A stretch of 64,000 nucleotides of DNA from Gammaproteobacteria bacterium (GTDB lineage Bacteria; Pseudomonadota; Gammaproteobacteria; Eutrophobiales; Eutrophobiaceae), in contig CAXMWX010000003.1 in assembly GCA_963422205.2 (NCBI GenBank), positions 128,001 through 192,000 of the forward strand, read 5' to 3'. Within the stretch, counting starts at the first letter, position 1, and each line of letters opens with the position of its first letter. Positions 41,460 through 50,733 of the stretch are shown one piece after another. Below the pieces are notes generated by a model, which was given only the letters and a program-made list of their open reading frames with translations, had not been told where the DNA came from and ran no database searches. A program made the translations under genes and the position numbers.

Positions 41460-41551
41460 CAACTCAGCTGTTTTAAGATCCGGTGGTCGACTATCCTGCC
41501 CCATACAGATCAAGACACGGATCAAACCCCCCTGCCTCAACGCGCTGTTAC

Positions 41552-42562
41552 GTACAAAAAATATTAATAGCACTGATATTAATCCTTGCTGTATCGCTTT
41601 GCCGTGCCGATGATGCTTTCAAGATATCCGGTTGGCGTGAGGTTGTTATCAGCGTATCTGACATAGAACAACATATCAGCTTGCTGGAAGCCATCGGCGG
41701 CTGGGAAATCAAGTATCGGGGAGAGATCAGCCGCGCACAACTGGATTTCTGGCATCTCCCTGAAGCGGCAAAGGCATCAGAGGTATTGATGGGCAACATC
41801 GGCGTTGAAGTTGGCTTCATTCGCCTGGTCCAATTCAGCGGCGTCCCGCAGCGGTAGATTCGCTCAAATGCCCGCAGTTGGGACAGCGGCGGTATCTTTG
41901 ATATCAATATGCGTGTGCTGGATATGGATAAAAAGTTTCGTCAATTACAGGCCGCAGGCTGGCATGCCTACAGTGATCCTGTGCAGTTTTCATTCGGCCC
42001 CTTTGTGGTAAAAGAATGGATTACCTTAGGCCCGGATGGCGTCTCCTTTGCCCTGATTGAGCGCATCAAACCCAGGCTGGAAGGCTGGCCGAAGTTGCGT
42101 GAGTTTAGCCGCACCTTTAACGCAACGCAGATCGTGCGTGAGATGGAGCCGGCACGTCGCTTTTATATGAACATACTTGGCTTTAAGCAATACCTCTACC
42201 ATAACAGCCCGGGCAAGGTGCCAGGGCCGAATGTGCTGGGCCTGCCGCATAACCTGACAACAGCGATCAATCGTGAGGTCTGGATCGTCCAGCCTGATGG
42301 AGAGAATTCCGGCTCGGTAGAATTACTTGCCTATGATGGCCTTACCGGAGCGGATTTCTCGGCCCGTGCGGTACCGCCAAACCTCGGCCTGTTGGCCTTG
42401 CGTTTCCCGGTTGATAATATCAAGGCACTGGAGATGCATCTGTACGCCCATGGCGTAGACATTGCCAGCCCAACGGCGGCAATTCGTCTGCCGTATTACC
42501 AATCCAGGCAACTGCTCGCCGTGAGGGCGCCCGGTGGGGCCTGGCTTGAGTTCTTTGAATAA
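41552..42562 (+). pseudogene. Secreted two-domain VOC protein interrupted by an in-frame TAG (41855-41857)
   Basis: ORFs 41483-41857 and 41909-42562 are in the same frame with open codons between them (PQR*IRSNARSWDSGG). The signal peptide is preceded by GTA rather than a start codon. Confidence 0.7.
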
Positions 42563-42576
42563 GCACCTATTCGCCA

Positions 42577-45204
42577 TCAATACGAATAAGAGACACGCAG
42601 GCCAATCGTGCGCTTTTCTTGCGGCGACACGGCGATACCCTGACGTGCGGTCAAGGTCTGAAAGAAGGTTGGCACACTGAAATCGCTCCAGCGTGAGCCG
42701 GCTGACCAGGCATCCTCATCCAGGAGGTTGTTGATAAAGACCTCGGTGCGTACACGGCCATTATCTACACCCGCACGCAGGTGCATCAGGAAGTAGTCGT
42801 CCGTCTCTGCCAGGTTGGCCTCATCCACAAAGGCTTTACCAAAGTAGATGGTGTCCAGCCGGACAAAGGCTTGCATCTCATGACCAAACCAGGACACCTG
42901 ATCGCTGTAGGTGGTTGAAAGATTCCCGCTCCATTCAGGGAAACGCGGCTGGGTATTGCCTTTCATATTGGTGAATCCGGCAATGGGCTGGGTAAAGTTA
43001 AAGAGATAATCCTTAAACTCATTTCTCGCCCAGGTGAGATTCAGCGCCGCAGTCAAGTTTTGCCGGATTGCCACAACGCTTTCCAGTTCAATGCCGTACA
43101 GCCTGGCATCACCGGTTACCAGGGCGTTTCTGCTATTGAAGAGTGGCGTGAGTCCCCCCATGCCATCGCTGATCATGGCCGGGTCGCCCAGGCGAATGCC
43201 ATCGCTGACCATACAGCCGGACTGCATCCCGTCACCAAACTTCATTGCATCACAGGTCTCGTTGATCAGCGCGGTGGTGCGCCCTTTCTGGTTACGCCAT
43301 TGATTGTAATAACCCGCCAGTGAAAAACGCGCCCGCCCATCCCAGAACACCTGCTTTAAGCCCAGTTCAAAGGCATCAAGCAATTCAGGTTTGGTGATGA
43401 CGCCCGCTGAGGGCAGCTGTGCGGCATACTGTGCCCGCTCCCGGGCATCGGCCCGTTGCAGGTCGGTATTGATATCCCCATTCAGCACCCCCCTGGCGTA
43501 GCTGAAATACAGCGTGGTATCGGCAACCGGCTGATAACGGATGATGGCACGTGGCAGAAACTTCTTCGTGCTGATCGTACTGGCACCGGCACCAAGACCG
43601 TCCGCACCAACCCTGCCCCCCTTGATGAGATCATCCTGCTGCCAGCGCCCTTCAAAGCTCAAGGTGATCTGCATCGTCAGATCATACTCCAGGGAACCAA
43701 ACACCCCTAAGACTTCGGACTGATCATTATTTGCATAGCCATTGGGGAAAAACAGCGCGCTGAAACAGGGGCCATTGTCGACTATAGCAAAACACCCCGT
43801 CGCCGAATCACCCCCACTGCCCGATGAGGTAAATTCCTGCTCATAGTAATTAATGCCGGCACTGGCACGCCAGCGATTATCCTCTGGCGTATAGATACGT
43901 GCTTCTACACTCCAGTCTTCGGCATATTGCGGGTCTCGCGATAACCAGCCAAAGCGATCGGTTAAGTCGAAATCACGAATCCAGTTTGCCCCCTGCCGGT
44001 TATAGCCGGTCAGAACGGCGCCTCCCCAGTCGTTATCATGCTCATAATCAACACGGGCACTGAAACGTCGGGTCTCACGTTTCAAGCCATTTTTGTCAAT
44101 CTCGGGAACACCGGTTGGTAGTCGGGCGGTGGCGATGCGATCGAGGAAAAAGGTACTGGCCGTTGGCCGAACAGTTTGTGCCGGCAGCAATACGCCGGTG
44201 TTAGAGGAGATGAGGCGCTGGCCTGCCACCGGCACGGCACTGTCAACATCCGGCACCGTCCCGCACACGTAGTTTCTTGGCATTGCCGTTTCACCGGAAT
44301 CTGTGGTGTAGGTTAAACCCGTGCAGGTATCGTTTGCCTCGCCGGCAATGAAACCGCCAGCCGCCGGCCCGTCATTATCTTCGGCATAGTGTCCGCGCAC
44401 AGTGATGGTCAGGTTATCTGTCGGCGCCACATACAGCTTGCCGGTAACAGACCAGGTCTCTTCATTGCCCAGGCGACCGCCATCGGTTGCCTGGTAATGG
44501 CCCCGCTTGTCATACAGACGTGCTGATAAAAACAACGCGGCCTGATCCGGCACGACCGGTACGCTGACATTGCCACTCAACTCATAACCGCCGCGATGAT
44601 CCACCCTGCCAGACGCCTTTCCTTCAACCTCTTCCAGGCTGGGTGTTTTGGTGATGAGGTTGACAGCACCGCCAAAGGTATTGCGGCCAAACTGTGCCGC
44701 CTGCGGGCCCTTGATGACCTCCACGCGCTCCACATCATCCAGCGCCAGGGAAGTCCCGCCATTCAGCACATAAACACCATCGATAAACAGGGCGCCGGTG
44801 GCAAAGCTGGGGGAGAACTGGGCTGTGTTCATGCCCCGAAAGCGTAGCTGGGTGTTGTAGCGTCCGGGCTGCTGGCCGCCCTGATTGTGAAACTGCAAAC
44901 CCGATGCCTGTAGCGATAAATCCTGCAACCCCTGAAAACCGGCATTCTCAATATCCTCTGCATTGAACGTTGTTATTGACAGCGGGATGTCCTGTAGACT
45001 TTCATCGCGTTTACGTGCTGTCACAGTAATCTCCTCCAGCGCTAAAACGCTGCTACCCCCCCCCCCCGGGGGGGGAGGAGATGAAGAGCTCGAAGACTGA
45101 GCAGCAACGAGGCTCGGTACGACCGTCAGTGAACCAACCAGCAAACCGAGCGTGATATATTGGCGAGTGATAGCGTGAAGATAAGTCGAATGGTTAATTT
45201 GCAT
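42577..45204 (-). CDS. TonB-dependent receptor
   Basis: TonB box EEITVTARKR, ERVEVIKGPQ...FGRNTFGGAVN and an aromatic C-terminus (VSYSY). Confidence 0.95.
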   Translation of the reverse strand: MQINHSTYLHAITRQYITLGLLVGSLTVVPSLVAAQSSSSSSPPPPGGGGSSVLALEEITVTARKRDESLQDIPLSITTFNAEDIENAGFQGLQDLSLQASGLQFHNQGGQQPGRYNTQLRFRGMNTAQFSPSFATGALFIDGVYVLNGGTSLALDDVERVEVIKGPQAAQFGRNTFGGAVNLITKTPSLEEVEGKASGRVDHRGGYELSGNVSVPVVPDQAALFLSARLYDKRGHYQATDGGRLGNEETWSVTGKLYVAPTDNLTITVRGHYAEDNDGPAAGGFIAGEANDTCTGLTYTTDSGETAMPRNYVCGTVPDVDSAVPVAGQRLISSNTGVLLPAQTVRPTASTFFLDRIATARLPTGVPEIDKNGLKRETRRFSARVDYEHDNDWGGAVLTGYNRQGANWIRDFDLTDRFGWLSRDPQYAEDWSVEARIYTPEDNRWRASAGINYYEQEFTSSGSGGDSATGCFAIVDNGPCFSALFFPNGYANNDQSEVLGVFGSLEYDLTMQITLSFEGRWQQDDLIKGGRVGADGLGAGASTISTKKFLPRAIIRYQPVADTTLYFSYARGVLNGDINTDLQRADARERAQYAAQLPSAGVITKPELLDAFELGLKQVFWDGRARFSLAGYYNQWRNQKGRTTALINETCDAMKFGDGMQSGCMVSDGIRLGDPAMISDGMGGLTPLFNSRNALVTGDARLYGIELESVVAIRQNLTAALNLTWARNEFKDYLFNFTQPIAGFTNMKGNTQPRFPEWSGNLSTTYSDQVSWFGHEMQAFVRLDTIYFGKAFVDEANLAETDDYFLMHLRAGVDNGRVRTEVFINNLLDEDAWSAGSRWSDFSVPTFFQTLTARQGIAVSPQEKRTIGLRVSYSY
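45056..45075. repeat. Homopolymer pair C12G8 inside the TBDR 5' coding region
   Basis: C at 45056-45067 and G at 45068-45075, encoding PPPPGGGG just after the signal peptide. Confidence 0.85.
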
Positions 45205-45367
45205 CTTGGTTAAGCTCCTTCATAAACGCTAGGTATGTTTATGTATAGTATTGGGAAAGTCGCCGTTTCCCTGTAATGACTGGAAAATCGCACCGTTGCA
45301 TCCCATATCCCTAAGGCCAGGCGTGAGCATCGGTCGTGATCACCAAGCGCTGCATGATATACCTGCT

Positions 45368-45409
45368 ATATTAACATATTGTTATATATTTGTAACAATA
45401 TGTTAATAT
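45368..45409. promoter_or_regulatory. 17-bp perfect inverted repeat (operator-like) in a divergent promoter
   Basis: ATATTAACATATTGTTA-N8-TAACAATATGTTAATAT. Confidence 0.75.
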
Positions 45410-45474
45410 GAGCGGCTTGGCTGTTAGGATATTTCTCTGCGCTCTATAACGAAAAACCTTCGGAGTATGCGGTC

Positions 45475-46473
45475 ATGATGTTCATACTGAAGCCTAAACC
45501 CGATACGGCCTTGCCAGTCATGCTGCTGATGTTTTTCCCCTTCACCATGCAGGCAACAGCACAGGGGCTTGACAGCGAGCCGGCGATGCGTATGCGCCTG
45601 ATTATTGCAGAGATGTTGCCGGGGATTTATGACAATATGAATCAGGCGTATTTTGATCGGCGCCGTAATCTGGATAAGCCGCAGCAACATGAACGCCGAC
45701 ACCTCACAATTGAACGACTGGAGTCTGCAACACCTGACAGGCATTCTTATCGAATCCTCGAATACAAAGCGGGGGCTGACCGGGAGCTTCTGCGGCAAGC
45801 GATATGGCAACTCACCCCCGATCCCGCTCGCCCTGAACAAGTACGCATGCGGATCTACCCGGTATCAAACAACCGCCCTGTGAGAGATGTGCCAGCAAGT
45901 GCTGATGGCGGCTGGTTGCCGGAAGATTGTGACATCTTGTGGGAGCGCCGTGCTGGCCAGTTCTACGGCAAGCCTCATGATACCTGCGATAAGGCCATCG
46001 GGGTACACATGCTGTCCGAAGATGGCTTATGGTTTCACCAGATGCACAAAAACAGCCGCGGTGAAATCGTACCGACCCACCCCGGCAATACCCCCTATGA
46101 ACTGGAACGGGCGCGGATTTTTCATTGCTATGCCGATGTGCCTGGCGTTGGCGGCGGCAGGGCTGTCCCCTTCAGGCGTTACGGGCCTTACCTGTTGCAT
46201 GACAAAGGGGGTAGAACATCGTTTATAATTGCAGATAAAGATAAGCGCAAGATAGCAATCAGGCTGAATAATGTGACCTGGCGAATCAATAATGAAAAAA
46301 ACCTGTATACGCGCAACTCGCTGGTGCTGTATATTGAGCAGACAGTGAATAACGAGACGCAGCAGCAATACAGCTTTACCGAGCCCTCAGCAACCCGACT
46401 CGGTTTAAATGTAGGCGCTGTACTGGTAAATTGTGCAATAACACCACGAAGCGAGGCCCGTCCACGCCTGTAA
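45475..46473 (+). CDS. Secreted CpcT/CpeT (chromophore lyase)-like protein with a C-terminal extension
   Basis: Signal-like N-terminus. LPGIYDNMNQA...HERRHLTIERL...YRILEY, CDILWER...FYG...C and TPYELER resemble the CpcT/CpeT barrel pattern (judged by eye). Confidence 0.55.
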   Translation: MMFILKPKPDTALPVMLLMFFPFTMQATAQGLDSEPAMRMRLIIAEMLPGIYDNMNQAYFDRRRNLDKPQQHERRHLTIERLESATPDRHSYRILEYKAGADRELLRQAIWQLTPDPARPEQVRMRIYPVSNNRPVRDVPASADGGWLPEDCDILWERRAGQFYGKPHDTCDKAIGVHMLSEDGLWFHQMHKNSRGEIVPTHPGNTPYELERARIFHCYADVPGVGGGRAVPFRRYGPYLLHDKGGRTSFIIADKDKRKIAIRLNNVTWRINNEKNLYTRNSLVLYIEQTVNNETQQQYSFTEPSATRLGLNVGAVLVNCAITPRSEARPRL

Positions 46474-46527
46474 TCACACGTATCATCAACCTCAACCTCT
46501 GAACCTGGCCTGCAAACCCACGTGAAA

Positions 46528-47898
46528 ATGACCAGCGAGAATCACACCGATAAACAGCCGGATACCGCGTATCCTGAATCACGCTATGCCTGGTATGTGG
46601 TCACCCTGTTGACTCTGGCCTATATCGTCTCCTTCATCGACCGCCAGGTATTGAATCTGCTGGTGCAGCCGATTAAGGCCGATCTGGGGATCTCCGACAC
46701 ACAAATCAGCCTGCTCATGGGGCTGGCCTTTGGGATTTTTTATACGCTGATGGGGATCCCCATCGGCCGGCTGGTGGACCGGTACAGCCGCCGCCTGATT
46801 ATCGCCGGCGGTATTACGCTGTGGTGTCTCATGACGGCAGGCTGTGGTCTTGCAAAGAGCTATGCCCAGCTGTTTGCCTTCCGTATAGGCGTAGGAATCG
46901 GCGAAGCCTCTCTGACCCCCAGCGCCCTGTCACTTATCAGCGATTATTTTCCCAAAGAAAAACGCGGGCGCGCCATCAGTTTCTACAACATGGGTATTTC
47001 CCTGGGGGTGGGCATCGCCATGATCCTCGGCGGGCTGGTCATTGGCTATGTGCAAAACGCCCCTCCTCTTGAACTGCCCATTGTCGGTGAATTGCGCGCC
47101 TGGCAGACGGTCTTCCTGATGGTTGGCTTGCCTGGAATCCTCATCGCCTTACTGATGGCAACAGTCAAAGAACCCATCCGCAAAGAAATGCTGGCAACAC
47201 AAGACAGTGCCAACCCTTCATTACCCATACGCTTTGTTTTTCGCTATCTCGGCGAGCGCTGGAAAACGTACACCACGCTGTTTTTGGGCATGTCGATAGT
47301 CACCGTTATTGGCTATGCCTATTTTTCCTGGATACCCACCATGTTTACCCGCACATACGACTGGACGATAAAAGACATCGGGCTTGCCTACGGGATTGTC
47401 CTGCTCATATTTGGCCCGATCGGTGTCAACTTTGGTGGCTGGTTAGCAGATCACCTGTATAAAAAAGGCCACAAAGACGGACACATGCGCGCCACCTTCA
47501 TTGGCGCCGCTATTACCGTACCAAGCGCAACACTGGCACCGCTCATGCCAACCCCGGAACTGGCAGTCGTCATGTTGATACCGGCTTCCATTGGCCCGGC
47601 GATGACGACCGCCACAGGCGCATCATCATTGATGATGATCACGCCCAATCAAATGCGAGGCCAGTTCTCCGCACTGTATCTGTTCGTTATTAACATCCTT
47701 GGCTTGACTATTGGCCCAACGGCCGTTGCTGTGGTGACTGATTATGTCTTCAAAAATGAATCCGCCCTGCATTATTCTATCGTGCTGGTCTCATTTATTG
47801 CCGGGCTCATCGCACTGGTTTTTCTTTACATCAACCTTGCACATTATCGAGAGAGTATCGAAGAGTCTGAAAGCTGGGGACACATGGATAAATTGTAA
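46528..47898 (+). CDS. Spinster-type MFS transporter (paralogue)
   Basis: YAWYVV..SFIDRQ, GRLVDRYSRR and RIGVGIGEA motifs. Confidence 0.92.
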   Translation: MTSENHTDKQPDTAYPESRYAWYVVTLLTLAYIVSFIDRQVLNLLVQPIKADLGISDTQISLLMGLAFGIFYTLMGIPIGRLVDRYSRRLIIAGGITLWCLMTAGCGLAKSYAQLFAFRIGVGIGEASLTPSALSLISDYFPKEKRGRAISFYNMGISLGVGIAMILGGLVIGYVQNAPPLELPIVGELRAWQTVFLMVGLPGILIALLMATVKEPIRKEMLATQDSANPSLPIRFVFRYLGERWKTYTTLFLGMSIVTVIGYAYFSWIPTMFTRTYDWTIKDIGLAYGIVLLIFGPIGVNFGGWLADHLYKKGHKDGHMRATFIGAAITVPSATLAPLMPTPELAVVMLIPASIGPAMTTATGASSLMMITPNQMRGQFSALYLFVINILGLTIGPTAVAVVTDYVFKNESALHYSIVLVSFIAGLIALVFLYINLAHYRESIEESESWGHMDKL

Positions 47899-48077
47899 AT
47901 AAACTGGTTTGCCGCTTTCCGGCTGACCAAATGCGTGCGAAAGATGGCTGTGCAGTGGTGTTGATTGTGTCAACTTTCGTTGGATTTTCGCTGCTGAACT
48001 GTTAGGGGAAGGGCTTACACTTCCGGTCTGTCCACCTGCCTGCTGGCCCGTCCGGTCACTCACCCCTGATCATTGCT

Positions 48078-48299
48078 CTAGTCATTACTGATCAGCACCT
48101 CGCCTGCTTCTTTCTGTTTCCCTTTCTGCACTGAGTAGCGGGTCTTGACGGCCTTGATAGCAAAGCCCTTGAACAACTCCCGCACCTCTGGCACGTCATT
48201 CAGTGACAGGATAAAGCGTCCCTGGATGCTGGTCAGCAATTCACTCAAGACACCGAAGTCATCCCTATGGAATAAGTCCTTATCTTAGTAATGCTCACA
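48078..48299 (-). pseudogene. C-terminal remnant of a Dam-type DNA adenine methyltransferase
   Basis: Manual translation gives CEHY*DKDLFHRDDFGVLSELLTSIQGRFILSLNDVPEVRELFKGF...EVLISND*, typical of phage-type D12 MTase C-termini. Confidence 0.7.
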
Positions 48300-48597
48300 G
48301 CGATCTGGCGATTAAAGATCAACAGATCGCTGTCCCAGGCAAGCGAACTGACTTTCACTCAGCAACCAAGATATCCACCGGCTTCAAATGTATGCAGATA
48401 CTCCAGCTAGTCAGGCCAATACTTTTGCGTTTGCTCACAACTGGCAATCACTTCAGTTCAAATAACATGGTGCTGCTTGCGAGGCAACCGGGTGCGTCAA
48501 TAGGGTAACTGGTAGTTATTGCAATTATCGACTGCCTTTTGGGTATCAACCAGACCGCAGACTTTAGGCGAAATCAAATTCCACCCGGGCTATGGGC

Positions 48598-49857
48598 TTA
48601 TACCTTGTCAATCGCTTCGGCATCCGCCAATGCGGTGTGGTAGGCTTTGCGTGCCATAAAGAACATCAGCGTTGCCAGGGTTAAACCGAAAGTGCCGACG
48701 ATAGAGAGTGAATAGCGAATCATCGACAGATCCGCAAAGGCTTTCTCGGTCAACAAAGTGACCAATGTCGGCCCTAAGCCTAAACTGATCAGCGACTGAA
48801 CGAAAAAATACACCGCGGTAATCTGGCCTCTCATACGGGCGGGGGAGGCCAGTTGCAATGCGGCGGCGGCCACGCCAAAGGTGGCACCGGTGAGCAACTG
48901 AGTGGGCATGGATACCAACAGCGCCAGCGTGTGGCTGGGCATCAGCGGGTAGATCAGCCGCAGCCAGAGCGACAGGAATGCAATGGTCAGCAGTATCAGC
49001 ATTTTGGCATCGCGCCCGACTTTCGCCGAGATGCGGTCGGTGACCAGGCCGCCGATCAGTGCGCCGACAAACTGCCCGGTTGTCGCGGCAATGCCGTACA
49101 AAATGCCGCTCTCTTCCGGCGGCCAGCCGTAGGTTCGGTCAAAAAAGGTGATGTCCCAGAATGCCCCCGCATAACTGCCCATATTCAGGCAGCCCACACC
49201 CACATAAATCCCTAAAAATACGCGCCAGTGTGTGCGTACATAGGCGATCACCTGCGGGATGGAGGGCACTGCATTGTGGCTGTCGGCCTGACCGGTTCGC
49301 TGCGGCTCTCTGACGGTAAACAACAGCAAGGACAGGAATAAACCCGGCAGCCCCACCGCCAGAAACACAATCCGCCAGGGCGTTAAATCGCCGAAAAGCG
49401 CCACCTGAACATAGCCTTGATCGGCGACCAGATCATTGGCCCAGCCCAGCACCCAGGCACCGCCTAAGAAGGCAAAACCGAAGCCAAAGGCGCCGCCCAT
49501 AGTGCAAATGCTGATGGCGATGGTGAGTCGCTTGCGCGGGAAAATATCGGCCAGACCGCAGGCGGCCGTTGCTACTGTCCATATCACCACCCCGGCAAAA
49601 ATCAGCCATTTCCGGTTGTAGGAATCGGCCATGCGACCCAAGGGGATGCCAAAGATGGTGTAGAAGAGCACAAAGCTCAAACCGCCGATATAACTTAACT
49701 GCAAATCTGATAAGCCGATCTCCTCTTTCATCCCGGGCACAAGAATGCCGATGATTTGTCTGTCCACGAACGAGAAAACAAAAAATACCGCAAACAGGAT
49801 GGCGACATACCAGGCGTAAGCCGAAATTTTTTCAGAGGGACTGTCTACGGATGACAT
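48598..49857 (-). pseudogene. Spinster-type MFS with an in-frame internal deletion of about 29 aa (TM4 region)
   Basis: AACGLA joins directly to DIFPRKR, where the paralogue at 46528 has GCGLA-KSYAQLFAFRIGVGIGEASLTPSALSLIS-DYFP. Confidence 0.7.
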
Positions 49858-49916
49858 CTGATGAAACCTTTATGAATGGGAAGAAAAAACACGGCACCTG
49901 CATCGACTAAAACCGC

Positions 49917-50578
49917 CTAGTCTTGCTTTTTGAAAGGATTGTCCTGACCTAACTGATTTTTAATGGCGCTACGCAGGAAAGCGGCCGACTCATCAACCAG
50001 ATAGGGCCCTTTGACTTCGATTCCGGTTGCGGCCAGGGCGCCCATTGTCGAAGCGGGTAGTTGTGAGTTGCCCGTATCGGGGAAATACTCCTTGTAGATT
50101 TCATCCACCTGCTTTGCCGAGACCGCATACACAACCCGCCCAATCCTCGACCAGAAAATAGCCCCCGCAAGGGCTCGGCGCTGGTGTAAATCGTCGCTTC
50201 TCTCAACTTGTCCCGGTCTTCCTTCCAGTGCATGCCCGAATCAAAGACCTTGCTCAACAGGGTCATCTTGGCATGGCGGGTGGCATCGCCTTTGCGGGCC
50301 ACCGTATTCCAGGCCTCCATGGTGCGGCCATCTGTAAACCGGATCAGGGCGCCATAGGGGCGGTTTGAGCCGTTTTCAGGCTTGATTCCCTGTCGGGCGA
50401 CCTCGATGGCGCGGCGCAAATAGGTCTCATCTTCGCCGCCTAAGGGCATGGTATTGAAGACCTCAGATGAATTTTCAGGCTTCTTATCAGCCAAGGCCGC
50501 CGGGGCAGCGCCGGCAGAGAATAACGTCATTCCCAGCACACTCTTTTTTAACGCCTCTCTTCTGGAAAGATTGCACAT
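49917..50578 (-). pseudogene. Tat-exported nucleoside/nucleobase deaminase (TadA/guanine deaminase-like), inactivated
   Basis: SRREALK signal and PYGAL. HAK replaces HAE. After TSAEP the CxxC is missing and the frame shifts to AGAIFWSRIGRVVYAVS. Confidence 0.8.
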
Positions 50579-50733
50579 AATCGGTCACCCGCTATCGAAA
50601 CATTGAATCACATAACAAAATACTGAGTGCCCAAGCCGCTTATTAACCAGGCGACAGGCGGCCAGCAACGTCTGGCTGCTGACCGCTACTGACCATTTGG
50701 CTGGCTACTTGACTGGCGATAACAGGCAACGGG

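Noticed and set aside
41855-41857. Pyrrolysine or recoded TAG
   Set aside because: No pyl genes are seen, TAG terminates many ordinary genes here, and a simple nonsense mutation or error suffices.
48300-48560. Possible remnant of an ATPase/PD-(D/E)xK C-terminus on the minus strand
   Set aside because: The resemblance requires several frameshifts and is too weak to call.
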